The position numbers and the translations under genes were made by a program. Of a stretch of DNA of 64,000 bases, positions 1 to 12,900 are shown one piece after another. This DNA comes from an uncultured Clostridia bacterium. Lineage in GTDB: Bacteria > Bacillota > Clostridia > TANB77 > CAG-508. Position 1 is the first letter of the stretch; each line of letters starts with the position of its first letter. The stretch lies in assembly GCA_947581825.1 (NCBI GenBank), contig CANPVP010000002.1, forward strand, positions 194,777 to 258,776. Reading direction: 5' to 3'. Below the pieces are notes generated by a model. That model did not search any database and was not told the origin of the DNA. It saw nothing but the letters and a program-made list of their open reading frames with translations.

Positions 1-24
1 TGAAAAAAGAGGGGTAAAAACAGT

Positions 25-1557
25 ATGAAAGATAAATTAACAATGCTAATGATATTAGATGGATTTGGAAAAAATGAAAAAAAAGATGGAAATGCAGTTG
101 CAGTGGCAAAAACACCAAACATAGATAAGTTAATGACAACATATCCAATGTCAGAATTACATGCAAGTGAATTAGATGTTGGACTTCCAGAAGGACAAAT
201 GGGAAATTCAGAAGTAGGACATACAAATATAGGAGCAGGAAGAATAGTATATCAAGAATTAACAAGAATTACAAAATCAATAGAAGATGGAGATTTCTTC
301 AGCGTTCCTGAATTTGTAAAAGCAATAGAAAACTGTCAAAAAAATAATTCAAAATTACACATAATGGGATTATTATCAGATGGTGGAGTTCATAGTCATA
401 ATAGACATTTATATGCACTATTAGAATTAGCAAAAAGAAAAGGATTCGAAGATGTATTTGTTCATTGCTTCTTAGATGGTAGAGATACTCCTCCAGCATC
501 AGCAGAAATGTATATTTCACAACTAGTAGAAAAAATGAAAGAAAAAGGAACAGGAAAAATAGCAACTATCACAGGTAGATTCTACGCAATGGATAGAGAT
601 AAGAGATGGGAAAGAATAAAAAAAGCATATGATGCATTAGTAAATGGTGTAGGTGTGAAAGCAAATTCAGCATTAACAGCTATAGAAAATTCATATCAAC
701 AAGAAATATTTGATGAATTTGTTGAACCAACAGTTATATATAATGGAGAAAAGCCTGTTGCAACAATATCTGAGAATGATTCTGTAATTTTCTTTAACTT
801 CAGACCTGATAGAGCTAGAGAAATAACAAGAACATTAGTAGACAAAGATTTCAATGAATTTGAAACTAAAAAAATGAATTTGAATTTTGTTTGCATGACT
901 CAATATGACGAAACAATGCCAAATGTTAATGTAGCATTTAAACCAACAGTATTAAAAAATACATTTGGAGAATATATAAGCAATTTGGGATACACACAAT
1001 TAAGAATTGCAGAAACTGAAAAATATGCACATGTTACTTTCTTCTTTAATGGAGGAAAAGAACAACAATATGAAAATGAAGATAGAATATTAGTTCCATC
1101 TCCAAAAGTAGAAACATATGATTTAAAACCTGAAATGAGTGCATATGAAGTTACTGAAAAAGTAGTAGAAGCAATAGATTCAGATAAGTATGATTGTATA
1201 ATTTTAAATTATGCTAATCCAGATATGGTAGGACATACAGGAAACCTAGAAGCAGCAGTTAAAGCTATAGAAGCAGTAGATGAATGTGTAGGAAAAGTTG
1301 TAGACATTGTAAATAAAAAAGAAGGAAGACTATTAATTACAGCAGATCATGGTAATGCAGAACAAATGATAGATTATAAAACAGGAGAGCCTCATACTGC
1401 ACATACTACAAATCCAGTACCACTAATCTTAGTTGGTATGGAGGGAGTTAAATTAAAAAACGGTAAACTTGCAGATTTAGCACCTACAATGTTGGATATT
1501 ATGAATCTTGAAAAACCAGAAGAAATGACTGGAGAAAGTTTACTAATCAGAAAATAA
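25..1557 (+). CDS. gpmI: 2,3-bisphosphoglycerate-independent phosphoglycerate mutase
   Basis: 510 aa ORF. The N-terminus [15 protein letters not shown] and overall length match iPGM. RBS GAGGGG lies upstream of the ATG. Confidence 0.93.
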   Translation: MKDKLTMLMILDGFGKNEKKDGNAVAVAKTPNIDKLMTTYPMSELHASELDVGLPEGQMGNSEVGHTNIGAGRIVYQELTRITKSIEDGDFFSVPEFVKAIENCQKNNSKLHIMGLLSDGGVHSHNRHLYALLELAKRKGFEDVFVHCFLDGRDTPPASAEMYISQLVEKMKEKGTGKIATITGRFYAMDRDKRWERIKKAYDALVNGVGVKANSALTAIENSYQQEIFDEFVEPTVIYNGEKPVATISENDSVIFFNFRPDRAREITRTLVDKDFNEFETKKMNLNFVCMTQYDETMPNVNVAFKPTVLKNTFGEYISNLGYTQLRIAETEKYAHVTFFFNGGKEQQYENEDRILVPSPKVETYDLKPEMSAYEVTEKVVEAIDSDKYDCIILNYANPDMVGHTGNLEAAVKAIEAVDECVGKVVDIVNKKEGRLLITADHGNAEQMIDYKTGEPHTAHTTNPVPLILVGMEGVKLKNGKLADLAPTMLDIMNLEKPEEMTGESLLIRK

Positions 1558-1576
1558 CAAACGGTATATAATAATA

Positions 1577-1611
1577 TAGAAACTTTTCTTAATGGAAAAG
1601 TTTCTATATTT
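1577..1611 (+). terminator. rho-independent terminator after gpmI
   Basis: Hairpin tagaaacttttc / gaaaagtttcta followed by a T-run. Confidence 0.55.
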
Positions 1612-1656
1612 AAATAATTAAAAAATTAAGAATTCAGTTTTTTAGGAGGAAGTTAT

Positions 1657-2547
1657 TTGATAACCGAAAAAAAAATTGGTAAAATATATGAAGAAATAGA
1701 AAAGAAAATATGTAATATGATTCCTGAAAAGTGGGACAAAGTATATTTATATGTATCAATTGTTGATGGAATTAATAAAATTGAAACAGGAGAAATGTTT
1801 TTCTATTATTATCCTAAAAGTGTAATAAAGAAAAATCCAATTAATGTATATGAAGTCCCAAGCAAATTCAACTTGGAAGATGAAATGTATTTAAAATTAG
1901 CAGATAGTTTATATCATGAAATTCAAAGATTGAGAGATGCAATGATAAAATTGGGAGAAGAGCCTTGGTCTAATTTAACTATTTCTATAGAAAACTTTCA
2001 GTTCAAAGTCGAATTTGATTATGAAGACTTAAGAAAATCAGAATTTACAGATATTGAAAGAAATTTAATATGGCAATTTAAATACTTAAGAAATGAACTT
2101 GGTTCATATCGAAGGAAAGAGAGAAAAATCTTAGAGAGATATCTAGAACTTGAAAGAAAAAATAAAAGAAAAACAAAAACATATTCACAACCATTTTATT
2201 TTAAACCAGAAGTTAATATAGTAGACTTTAATACAGAATATAGAGAAAAACTAAAAATTTTAGCTGAAGAAGAAGATAAAAAAGCAAAGCTAAGAGAAGA
2301 GAAAAAACGTAAAAAGAAAGAATTATTAGAAAAGAAAAAAAGCAAAGATGACAAGAATATAAAAACTCCAACAAAAATTAAAACGGAAAAAGTAAAGCTA
2401 CAAGAAAACAATAAAAGTAAAATAAAACATCATGATGAAAACAAAAAGAAAGAGAAGATAAAAGTTAAAGATAAAAAAATTGAAAAAGACAATAAAGAAC
2501 AAGATGAAGAAAAACCAAAAATTAGAAATCAACTTTTAGGACAATAA
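1657..2547 (+). CDS. YezG/DUF600-family immunity-like protein with long Lys/Glu-rich C-terminal tail
   Basis: The N-terminal ~150 aa (IPEKWDKVYLYVSI..EMFFYYYP..EPWSNLTISIENFQFKVEFDYEDL..IWQFKYL) follows the DUF600/YezG immunity-protein pattern as I recall it. The C-terminal ~130 aa are a K/E-rich low-complexity tail. TTG start follows an AGGAGG RBS. Confidence 0.5.
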   Translation: MITEKKIGKIYEEIEKKICNMIPEKWDKVYLYVSIVDGINKIETGEMFFYYYPKSVIKKNPINVYEVPSKFNLEDEMYLKLADSLYHEIQRLRDAMIKLGEEPWSNLTISIENFQFKVEFDYEDLRKSEFTDIERNLIWQFKYLRNELGSYRRKERKILERYLELERKNKRKTKTYSQPFYFKPEVNIVDFNTEYREKLKILAEEEDKKAKLREEKKRKKKELLEKKKSKDDKNIKTPTKIKTEKVKLQENNKSKIKHHDENKKKEKIKVKDKKIEKDNKEQDEEKPKIRNQLLGQ

Positions 2548-2587
2548 AAACACACACATATAGAAATCTATATGTGTGTGTGTTTTA
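2547..2587. terminator. bidirectional terminator between convergent ORF and eno
   Basis: Perfect hairpin aaaacacacacatatag / ctatatgtgtgtgtttt with A/T runs on both sides. A second hairpin tgtagga..tcctaca follows. Confidence 0.6.
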
Positions 2588-2611
2588 TTGTAGGAATTCT
2601 ATCCTACAAAA

Positions 2612-3922
<1,311 letters not shown>

Positions 3923-4099
3923 TTAAGACCTCCTTAAAAATAATTTATAATGTAAAATTTTAGTTCCGCTTTTTATAAGCAAAATTTACTGCACTTGACA
4001 TTGTAACACAAGTATAAGGCTTTTTCAAGCAAAAATGCTATTATTTATGTAAAATTTTGGGCTTGACTTTATCTTAAGAATAGTTGTATAATAGTATAC

Positions 4100-4330
4100 A
4101 ATAAAATCAGTAAGAGAAGAGTAAAATGCAAAGTGTTACAAGAGAGAATTAGTCACTGGCTGAAAGCTAATTTTAATAACTGTATTTGAAAACTAACTCT
4201 TTAAGATGCTAGTGAATAAGCTAGACGTTTAAGATACGTTATAATCTATAATTAAGAAAAAAATGGGATGGAACCGTGCAATAAAGCACTCCTATGGATA
4301 ATTTAATTTATCTATAGGAGTTTTTATATT
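4100..4330 (+). promoter_or_regulatory. T-box leader (tRNA-sensing riboswitch) upstream of thrS with intrinsic terminator
   Basis: T-box-like core AAUGGGAUGGAACCGUG at about 4262-4279. It is immediately followed by a terminator hairpin ctcctatggataa...tatctataggag + UUUUU at 4288-4327. A consensus promoter TTGACT-18-TATAAT lies at about 4064-4095. Confidence 0.65.
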
Positions 4331-4384
4331 TTAGAAAAACTCTATAATATAATAAACTCCTAATAGGTAAGAATGGAGGTTTTT

Positions 4385-6319
4385 ATGGTAAAAGTAACAT
4401 TAAAGGATGGTTCTATTATTGAAGTTGAGAAAGGTAGTTCAATAATAGAAGTAGCAAAAAAAATAAGCGAAGGTTTAGCAAGAGTAGCAACTTGTGGCAA
4501 GGTTAATGGAAAAACAGAGGATTTAAGATTTAAAATAGATGAGGACTGTGAATTAACTATTGAAACATTTGAAAGCAGTCTAGAAGGTAAAAAGGCATAT
4601 TGGCATACAACATCACACATAATGGCACAAGCTGTTCAAAGATTATTCCCAAATGCAAAATTTGCAATAGGTCCAGCAATAGATGAAGGATTTTATTATG
4701 ATTTTGATGTAACAGAAAATTTTAACGATGAAGATAAAGAAAAAATCGAAACAGAAATGAAAAAGATAATAAAAGAAGATTTACCAATAGAAAGATTTTC
4801 ACTACCAAAAGATGAGGCACTAAAACTAATGGCAGATCAACCATATAAAGTAGAATTAATAAATGATTTACCTGAGGGTGAAGAGATATCATTCTATAAA
4901 CAAGGAGATTTTACTGATCTTTGTGCAGGTCCTCATTTAATGAGTACAGGTAAAGTAAAAGCAGTAAAATTATTAAATAATTCAGGGGCATATTGGAGAG
5001 GAAACGAAAAAAATAAAATGCTTCAAAGAATTTACGCAATAGCTTTCCCTAAGAATAGTGAACTAGAAGAATTTATAAGATTACAAGAAGAAGCAAAAGA
5101 ACGTGATCATAGAAAAATAGGAAAAGAATTAAAATTATTTATGACACACAAACTAGTAGGTGCAGGTTTACCAATGTACTTACCAAATGGAGCAACAATA
5201 AGGAGAATACTAGAAAGATATATACAAGATAAAGAATTAGCATTAGGATATCAACATGTATATACACCATCACTTGCAAATGTAGAATTATACAAAACAA
5301 GTGGTCACTGGGATCACTATAAAGATGATATGTTTCCAGTAATGAAAATGGATACAGAAGAAATGGTTTTAAGACCAATGAATTGCCCACATCATATGTT
5401 AATATACAAGAGTGAATTACGTTCATATAAAGATTTACCAATAAAAATTGGAGAACTTGCACATGATTTTAGATACGAAAATAGTGGAGCAGTTTGCGGA
5501 CTAGAGCGTGTTCGTCAAATGTGTCAAAATGATGCACATTTATTTGTAAGACCAGATCAAATAAAAGAAGAAGTTGGAAAAGTATTAAATCTAATATTTG
5601 AAGTTTATCAAAAAGACTTTGGCTTTCCAAGTGAAGCTTTCAAATTTAGATTATCTTTAAGAGATAAAAATAACAAAGAAAAATATATAGATAATGATGA
5701 AATGTGGGAAACTGCAGAAAGTCAGCTAAGAGAAATATTGAACGAATTAAAAATTGAATTCTATGAAGCAGAGGGAGAAGCAGCTTTTTATGGACCAAAG
5801 ATTGATATACAAATAAAAACAGCATTAAATCATGATGTAACAATTCCAACATGTCAATTAGACTTTGCATTACCAGAAAGATTTGATTTAACATATGTAG
5901 GAGAAGACGGAAAAGAGCATAGACCAGTTGTTATACACAGAGCAATATTAGGTTCATCAGATAGATTTATGTCATTCCTAATAGAAGAAACAAAAGGAAT
6001 ATTGCCAACATGGCTTTGCCCAGTACAAGTAAAAATACTACCAATAGCAGATGCACATATTGAATATGCAGATTCAGTAAAAGCAGAATTGCTAAAATAT
6101 GGAATAAGAGTGGAAGTAGATAATAGAAATGAAAAGATAGGTTACAAAATCCGTGAAGCACAATTACAAAAAGTACCATATATGTTAGTAGTAGGAGATA
6201 AAGAAAAAGAATCAAATACAGTTGGAGTTCGTTCAAGAAAAGATGGAGATATAGGAGCAGTTAATGTAAAAGAATTTACAGAAAAAATCCTAGAAGAAAT
6301 AAAAAATTACGGAAGATAA
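4385..6319 (+). CDS. thrS: threonine--tRNA ligase
   Basis: TGS domain start MVKVTLKDGSIIEV, class II aaRS motifs and anticodon-binding C-terminus. Start chosen at the second ATG because of GGAGG spacing. Confidence 0.93.
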   Translation: MVKVTLKDGSIIEVEKGSSIIEVAKKISEGLARVATCGKVNGKTEDLRFKIDEDCELTIETFESSLEGKKAYWHTTSHIMAQAVQRLFPNAKFAIGPAIDEGFYYDFDVTENFNDEDKEKIETEMKKIIKEDLPIERFSLPKDEALKLMADQPYKVELINDLPEGEEISFYKQGDFTDLCAGPHLMSTGKVKAVKLLNNSGAYWRGNEKNKMLQRIYAIAFPKNSELEEFIRLQEEAKERDHRKIGKELKLFMTHKLVGAGLPMYLPNGATIRRILERYIQDKELALGYQHVYTPSLANVELYKTSGHWDHYKDDMFPVMKMDTEEMVLRPMNCPHHMLIYKSELRSYKDLPIKIGELAHDFRYENSGAVCGLERVRQMCQNDAHLFVRPDQIKEEVGKVLNLIFEVYQKDFGFPSEAFKFRLSLRDKNNKEKYIDNDEMWETAESQLREILNELKIEFYEAEGEAAFYGPKIDIQIKTALNHDVTIPTCQLDFALPERFDLTYVGEDGKEHRPVVIHRAILGSSDRFMSFLIEETKGILPTWLCPVQVKILPIADAHIEYADSVKAELLKYGIRVEVDNRNEKIGYKIREAQLQKVPYMLVVGDKEKESNTVGVRSRKDGDIGAVNVKEFTEKILEEIKNYGR

Positions 6320-6331
6320 TTTATAAAAAAA

Positions 6332-6367
6332 CTCTTATAAAAATAATATTTTATAGGAGTTTTTTTA
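6332..6367 (+). terminator. terminator after thrS
   Basis: Hairpin ctcttataaaa..ttttataggag followed by T7. Confidence 0.5.
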
Positions 6368-6433
6368 TTTACATTTTTTTGCTTTTAATATATACTAAAA
6401 GCAATTTGAAAATACAAAAAGAGGAGAGGTCTA

Positions 6434-6982
6434 ATGGGCGTTTATGTATTAATAGGAGTAATTGTTTTATTAGTATTATATGTTTTTATCACATATAATA
6501 GTCTAACAAAGTCAAGAAATTTAGTAAAAGAAGCTTTTTCAACCATGGATGTTTATTTAAAAAAAAGATGGGATTTGATTCCCAATTTAGTAGAAGTTGT
6601 AAAAGGCTATGCTAAGCATGAAGAAGATGTTTTTGAACAATTAGCATCAATTAGAGCTAATAGTTATGATGGTATGACTATGAACAAGAAAATAAATGTA
6701 AACGAACAAATTACTCAAGGTTTATCAAAAATAATGGCGATTTCAGAAAACTATCCAGATCTAAAAGCAAGTGAAAACTTTTTAAATTTAAGTAAAAATC
6801 TAATACAAGTAGAAGATGATATTGCAAATAGCAGAAAATATTATAATGGAACTGTAAGAAATTTTAATAATAAAAATCAAATGTTTCCAAGCAACATAGT
6901 TGCAAAATTATTTGGATTTAAAATTTATAATATGTTTCAAGCAAATGAAGAAGAAAAAGTAAATGTAAAGGTGGATTTATAG
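6434..6982 (+). CDS. LemA family membrane protein
   Basis: 182 aa with N-terminal TM and a LemA-like conserved core (NSLTKSRNLVKEAFSTMDVYLKKRWDLIPNLVE). Confidence 0.8.
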   Translation: MGVYVLIGVIVLLVLYVFITYNSLTKSRNLVKEAFSTMDVYLKKRWDLIPNLVEVVKGYAKHEEDVFEQLASIRANSYDGMTMNKKINVNEQITQGLSKIMAISENYPDLKASENFLNLSKNLIQVEDDIANSRKYYNGTVRNFNNKNQMFPSNIVAKLFGFKIYNMFQANEEEKVNVKVDL

Positions 6983-6983
6983 A

Positions 6984-9017
6984 ATGAGAAAGGTATACCT
7001 AAAATTATTTTTAATTTTAATATTTTTAGCACTAATAGCAATAGTGCCGAATGCTTCATTAGCAATATCAAATTATGATAATGAATATGAAATTCAAAGT
7101 TATAATATTGATATGGTAGTAAACGAAAATAATACTTTTGATATAACAGAAACAATAACAGCGTATTTTAATGTTCCAAAACACGGAATATATAGAAAAA
7201 TACCATTGAAAAATGAAATAACAAGAGAAGATGGTTCAAAATCTTCTAATAGAGTCAAAATAACTAATATTGCTGTAAATAATGAATATACAACGTCAAA
7301 GGAAAATGGATATGAAGTAATAAAAATTGGAAATGCTAATTCAACTATTACTGGAAGCCATACATATACAATAAAATATACATACAATATAGGAAAAGAT
7401 CCAGTAAAAAATGCAGATGAATTGTATTTTAATCTTATAGGAAACGAATGGGATACAACGATTAGTGGACTAACATTTAATATAAAAATGCCAAAAGAAT
7501 TTGATAAATCAACATTAGGATTTACAACAGGTTCTAAGGGAAGTAATGATTATCCAAGTGCTTTAGAATATGAAGTAGAAGGAAATAAAATCACAGGAAC
7601 TTTAGGAAGCACTTTAAAAGCAGGAGAAGGTTTTACAGTCAGACTTACATTACCAGATGGATATTTTGTTGGAGCGAGTTCGAATTTTGATATATATTCA
7701 ATATTTGTAATAGTATTTTCTATAGGATGTGCTTCAATTGCTTTTCTAATATGGCAGAAACATGGAAAAGATGATGAAGTAATAGAAACAGTTGAATTTT
7801 ATCCGCCAGAAGGTTTTAATTCAGCAGAAATAGGCTTTTTATATGAGGGAGAAGCAAGTGAAGAAAGTATAATTTCTTTACTAGTATATTTAGCAGATAA
7901 GGGATATTTAAAAATAGAAGAAACAGAACAAAAAGTTTTATTTTCAACAGCAAAAGTATCTAGAATAATTAAGCTTAAAGAGTATGATGGAGATAATGAA
8001 TGCGAAAGAATATTCTTTAATGGATTATTTGAACATTCAAATTCAAAAGGAACTTTAATCAGAGCAAGTGATATTCAAAGAGCTGAAAAAAGAAGAGGAA
8101 ATACAATTTCTTGGGAAGAAGCAAAAAAAAGAGCAGAAAAAGAAGAAGAAAAAGAAGCAGAAAGTGCAGAAGGTAAAGAGAGTGTAATAATTAGTGATTT
8201 ATATGATAAATTCTATAAAACAATAGGAAAGATTAGCTCAATACTAAATACTAAAGAAAATAAAAATAAGATTTTTGAATCAATGGCTTCAGGAAAATAC
8301 AAATATCTTATTTTTATGATTATTGCAATATTTATCTTAATAACGGTTAAGCCAGTAATGGACTTTGCTGGGGGAGCATTTCTACCATTTGCAATAATAT
8401 TTCCTGGATTGGGCTTTTCAATATCATTGTTTATCTTTTTGATGAATAGAGAAATATTTGCGAAGATTTTTGCTCTGATATGGGGCTTAGGATTTGGTGG
8501 AGTCCCATGGGCTTTTATAGTATTACCATCACTAACATATTATCCGATATATTTATTAACATACATAATAGGAATTATATGTATAGCTTTATTAATGTTA
8601 TTTATAAAAATAATGCCTAAGAGAACCAAATACGGAAATGAAATGCTTGGAAGAATAAGAGGTTTTAAAAGATTTTTGGAAACCGCAGAGAAAGAACAAC
8701 TTGAAAGTTTAGTCGAACAGAATCCCGAATATTTTTACAACATATTGCCATATACCTATGCTCTAGGAGTATCAGAAATATGGATGAATCAATTTGAAAC
8801 AATTGCCATGAGAGCACCTGATTGGTATGATAGTAGTGCAGGATTTAGTGTAGGAACATTTAATAACTTTATGAATAATACAATGAAATCAGCACAAAAT
8901 GCAATGATATCAAGTCCATCAACAAGTAGTGGTGGCAGTAGTAGTTCATCAGGAGGATTTAGTGGAGGCGGTTCATCAGGAGGTGGCTCTGGTGGAGGTG
9001 GAGGAGGTTCTTGGTAA
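6984..9017 (+). CDS. DUF2207-domain membrane protein with Gly/Ser-rich C-terminus
   Basis: 677 aa with signal peptide, extracytoplasmic domain, multiple TM helices and a C-terminal GGSSSSSGGFSGGGSSGGGSGGGGGG tail. It is translationally coupled to lemA, the usual LemA-DUF2207 pairing. Confidence 0.75.
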   Translation: MRKVYLKLFLILIFLALIAIVPNASLAISNYDNEYEIQSYNIDMVVNENNTFDITETITAYFNVPKHGIYRKIPLKNEITREDGSKSSNRVKITNIAVNNEYTTSKENGYEVIKIGNANSTITGSHTYTIKYTYNIGKDPVKNADELYFNLIGNEWDTTISGLTFNIKMPKEFDKSTLGFTTGSKGSNDYPSALEYEVEGNKITGTLGSTLKAGEGFTVRLTLPDGYFVGASSNFDIYSIFVIVFSIGCASIAFLIWQKHGKDDEVIETVEFYPPEGFNSAEIGFLYEGEASEESIISLLVYLADKGYLKIEETEQKVLFSTAKVSRIIKLKEYDGDNECERIFFNGLFEHSNSKGTLIRASDIQRAEKRRGNTISWEEAKKRAEKEEEKEAESAEGKESVIISDLYDKFYKTIGKISSILNTKENKNKIFESMASGKYKYLIFMIIAIFILITVKPVMDFAGGAFLPFAIIFPGLGFSISLFIFLMNREIFAKIFALIWGLGFGGVPWAFIVLPSLTYYPIYLLTYIIGIICIALLMLFIKIMPKRTKYGNEMLGRIRGFKRFLETAEKEQLESLVEQNPEYFYNILPYTYALGVSEIWMNQFETIAMRAPDWYDSSAGFSVGTFNNFMNNTMKSAQNAMISSPSTSSGGSSSSSGGFSGGGSSGGGSGGGGGGSW

Positions 9018-9087
9018 AAGAATATCCTCAACAACCAATATTAAATAGATATATTATTAAATGCAAGGAGTAGAGTTAAGTACAAAT

Positions 9088-9106
9088 GGGCGACCAATGG
9101 TCGCCC
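9088..9106. repeat. GC-rich palindromic element copy 1 (GGGCGACCAATGGTCGCCC)
   Basis: Perfect inverted repeat in an AT-rich intergenic region. Homologous copies occur at 27908-27926 and 39937-39955. Confidence 0.6.
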
Positions 9107-9220
9107 AAAACAAGGATAAATAAAAATACAAAAACGACAAAGATGTTATTCTGACAAATTGCTAAAAAACTCTAGATTTTACAAAAACAATGTGATAAAA
9201 TAAAAAGGTAATGCGATATA

Positions 9221-9239
9221 TATTGGGGTATCGCCAAGC
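9221..9239 (+). repeat. 19-bp direct duplication of the tRNA-Gln 5' end
   Basis: tattggggtatcgccaagc occurs at 9221-9239 and again at 9256-9274 (start of the tRNA). Confidence 0.6.
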
Positions 9240-9258
9240 TTTATCATTAAATTTATAT

Positions 9259-9333
9259 TGGGGTATCGCCAAGCGGTAAGGCATCGGATTCTGATTCCGA
9301 CATTCCTAGGTTCGAATCCTAGTACCCCAGCCA
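9259..9333 (+). tRNA. tRNA-Gln (anticodon CUG)
   Basis: 75-nt cloverleaf. Acceptor stem TGGGGTA/TACCCCA, anticodon stem TCGGA/TCCGA with loop TTCTGAT (CTG), T-arm GGTTCGAATCC and 3' GCCA. Confidence 0.85.
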
Positions 9334-9341
9334 AAACGAAA

Positions 9342-9371
9342 GCAGAGGAGACAATGTCTCCTCTGCTTTTT
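9342..9371. terminator. hairpin terminator shared by tRNA-Gln and the downstream minus-strand ORF
   Basis: gcagaggagaca ATG tctcctctgc followed by TTTTT. Confidence 0.6.
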
Positions 9372-9379
9372 GAGTGGCC

Positions 9380-9667
9380 TCAGGCGAGAAAGGCCTGAAG
9401 GCAGGCGATAATCTCCGAATCCTCACTAGTGAGAATGGAACGGAGTTCTTCGGACTTTGTGGATTTGTCATGCTCTGAAAATACAATGGAGATGCATTTG
9501 ATGATCAGGTCTTGAGTGCGCTCAATTCGGCTCTTGATTATAGGATCAGAAATTTTTTGGAAATCTTCACCAGACAGAGCTTCCCCAAGATTACATAAAT
9601 GCCTCATGATTGCATAGGGTTTTCCATGAATCAGAACATCTTCCAATTTCATGACACATTCCTCCAA
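9380..9667 (-). CDS. hypothetical protein encoded in a GC-rich (about 45%) patch
   Basis: 95 aa ORF with GGAGG RBS. Its base composition differs markedly from the flanks. No recognisable family. Confidence 0.35.
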   Translation of the reverse strand: MEECVMKLEDVLIHGKPYAIMRHLCNLGEALSGEDFQKISDPIIKSRIERTQDLIIKCISIVFSEHDKSTKSEELRSILTSEDSEIIACLQAFLA

Positions 9668-9966
9668 AACATTTTTTTTTGAGATGTAAATCTCAATATT
9701 AATATTCTACCACATTATGTAAAGAAAGTCAAAAATATAAGAAAAGTAAAGATTTAATTATACGTAAATACATAAATTTACATAATAAATAGATGAAAAT
9801 ATAAAAACACATCGATTTTTGTTGAAAATACCGATATTTTATGATATTATAAAGCATACATATTGGAAGAGTTTAGCTAAGACATAAAAATAAAACTTAT
9901 AAAAAGAGTGAAAATACTTTATTTCTTACTGAAAGACACAGTGAAAATAGTTGAGGTGAATATAAT

Positions 9967-12900
9967 ATGAGAAAAAAAATAATCTCAATAATAGTAGTAA
10001 TGCTATTAATTATTAGTTCTGGGATAGTATATTTTTATTTTGCAAATGAGAATAGAACATTTTTTGCAAATATAAACAGTATAAGTGCTACTAATGTAGC
10101 AAATACAAAATTTGAAAAAATTAAAAATATAGATAGAACAGAAAATAATACAAAAGAAAAATATAAATTAGAAGATAAGAATTCTTATTTAAATAATGAA
10201 AGTATGAATCAAATTGCAAACAATAAAAATACAGAGCTAATTTCCAACATAAATAATGCAAAAGCAATTATGAATGGAGCAACAGCATATACAGTAAAAC
10301 ATTATAAAATGAAGACAGACGGTAAAACATATGCTGCCCCTGAAGTAGAAATAGAAACAGGAACTGCTAATACATATGTAATACCACAAGTAAAAGAATA
10401 TGTAGGATTTAGTGCACCAAAAACTCAATCAGTAAAAATAGAAGCCGATGGAAGTACAGTAGTAGAATATTATTATACAAGAAATAAGCATAAATTAGAG
10501 TTGAGTGCAAATACAGGAATATCAGAAGTAACAGGTGCGGGAGAATACTATTATGGACAAATAGTTCCAATAAGTGCTAAAGTGGTAGAAGGATATTCAT
10601 TTAGGTATTGGATAGACAATAATAATAATAAATGTCAAGATATTGAAGTAAAAATAAAAATAGCAGATAGAGATATGAGCTTTACAGCAAATGCAAAGCC
10701 AGATAAAAATGTACCATATAAGGTAGAACATTATAAAATGAATGTAGACGGAACAACAGATTCAAAACCATTTGCTACAGAAGATAAAACAGGAAAGACA
10801 GACGAATTGGTAACACCAGAAGTAAAGATATATAAAGGATTTACTTCACCACAGACTCAAACTGTAAAAGTTAATGAAGATGGAAGCACAGTAGTAAAAT
10901 ATTACTATACAAGAAATAAATACAAATTAGAATTAATAGCAGGTGCAGGAATAGAAGACGTATATGGCACAGGAGAATATTATTATGAACAAGAAATAGA
11001 GATAAGTGCAAAACCAGCATATGGCTATAAATTTGATAAATGGGTATATGACACTGGAAAAACTTGTGAAGATGCTACTACAAAAATAAAAATTGGAACT
11101 AGAAATGTAATGATGGTAGCAAATGCAGAAATAAATCCGAATATGCCATATACTATTAAACATTATAAAATGAAATTAGATGGAATAACATATGCAGATC
11201 CAGAAATAGAAACAAAAACGGGAAAAACTTTCTCAACGGTAACTGCACCAGTTAAAAATTATGAAGGATTTACAGCCCCAGAAGCTCAAGGAGTTACTAT
11301 AACTCCAGATGGAAAAGCAGAAGTAAAATATTATTATAAAAGAAACAAATATAAATTAGAAGTAAAAACTAATAAAGGAATAGCAGGAACAACAGGAACA
11401 GGAGAATACTATTACGAGGCAGAAGTACCAATAGATGCAAAAGCAGAAAAAGGTTATGAATTTGATTACTGGAAAGATGATAGCGGAAAAACGATAAAAG
11501 AAAAGAATGCCAAAATAAAAATTAGTGCAAAAGATACAACAGTAACAGCATATTCAAAATTATCTGAAAACACACCATATACAATTAAATATTATAAGAT
11601 GAAATTAGACGGAACAACATATGCAGATCCAGAAACAGAAAATAAAACAGGAAAAACATTATCAACCGTAACGGCACCAGTTAAAAAATATGATGGATTT
11701 ACAGCTCCAGAAGCACAAAAAGTTACAATAACTGCAGATGGAAAAGCAGAAGTAAAATATTATTATAAAAGAAACAAATATAAATTAGAAGTAAAAGCAA
11801 ATACAGGAATATCAGCAACAACAGGAACAGGCGAATACTATTATGAAGCAGAAGTAATGATAGATGCAAAAGCAGATAAAGGATATGAATTTGATTACTG
11901 GAAAGATGATAGTGGAAAAACAATAAAAGAAAAGAATACAAAAATAAAAATTGGTGCAAAAAATGCAACAGTAACAGCATATTCAAAACCAAGCGATAAC
12001 ACTAAATATACTATTCTACATTATAAAATGAATATAGATGGAACATATGCAAAGCCAGAAACAGAAAATAAAACAGGAAAAACATTATCAACCGTAACGG
12101 CACCAGTTAAAAACTATGAAGGATTTACAGCTCCAGAAACACAAAAAGTTACAATAAATGCAGATGGAAGTACAGAAGTAAAATATTATTATAAAAGAAA
12201 TAAATATAAATTAACCTTGAAAAAAGGAGAAGGAATATCAGAAGTAACAGGAACGGGCGAATATTATTATGAAGCTGAGGCATCAATAAATGCTATTCCT
12301 ACAAACGGATATACCTTTGATTGCTGGAAATATGATGATGGAAAAACAGTAAAGGAAAAAAATGCAAAAATAAAAATTGTAGCCAAAGATATGACTTTAA
12401 CAGCAAATGCAAAACAAAATGGACCTGGACAATATACTATTGAACATTATAAAAATATTCCAGGTGGAAACCAATATTTTGTTTGTGAAACAGAAGTAAA
12501 AACTGGAATAATTGGATCAATAGTAAAACCAGAAACTAAAAAATATGAAGGATTTACATCACCAAAAACTCAAGAAATAACAATTGGTGCAGATGGAAAA
12601 ACAGTAGTAAAATACTACTATACAAGAAATAAATATGCAGTAAATTTGGTAGCAAATAAAGGAATAGAAAAAGTATATGGAACAGGAGAATACTACTATG
12701 AAACAGAAATTCCAATAAGTGCACAAGTATCAAAAGGATACAGGTTTGATTGTTGGAAAGATGATAAAGGAAACACAGAAAATAATATAAATGGAAGAGT
12801 TAGAATTGGTGCTGGTGATGCAACAATAACAGCAAATGCGAAAGCAATTAGTTATAAAATTGAATATGACTTAGATGGAGGAACAGTAGCTACTCCAAAT

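Noticed and set aside
4360-4620. 86-aa minus ORF overlapping the thrS start
   Set aside because: It is antisense to the thrS N-terminus and T-box leader, with no RBS.
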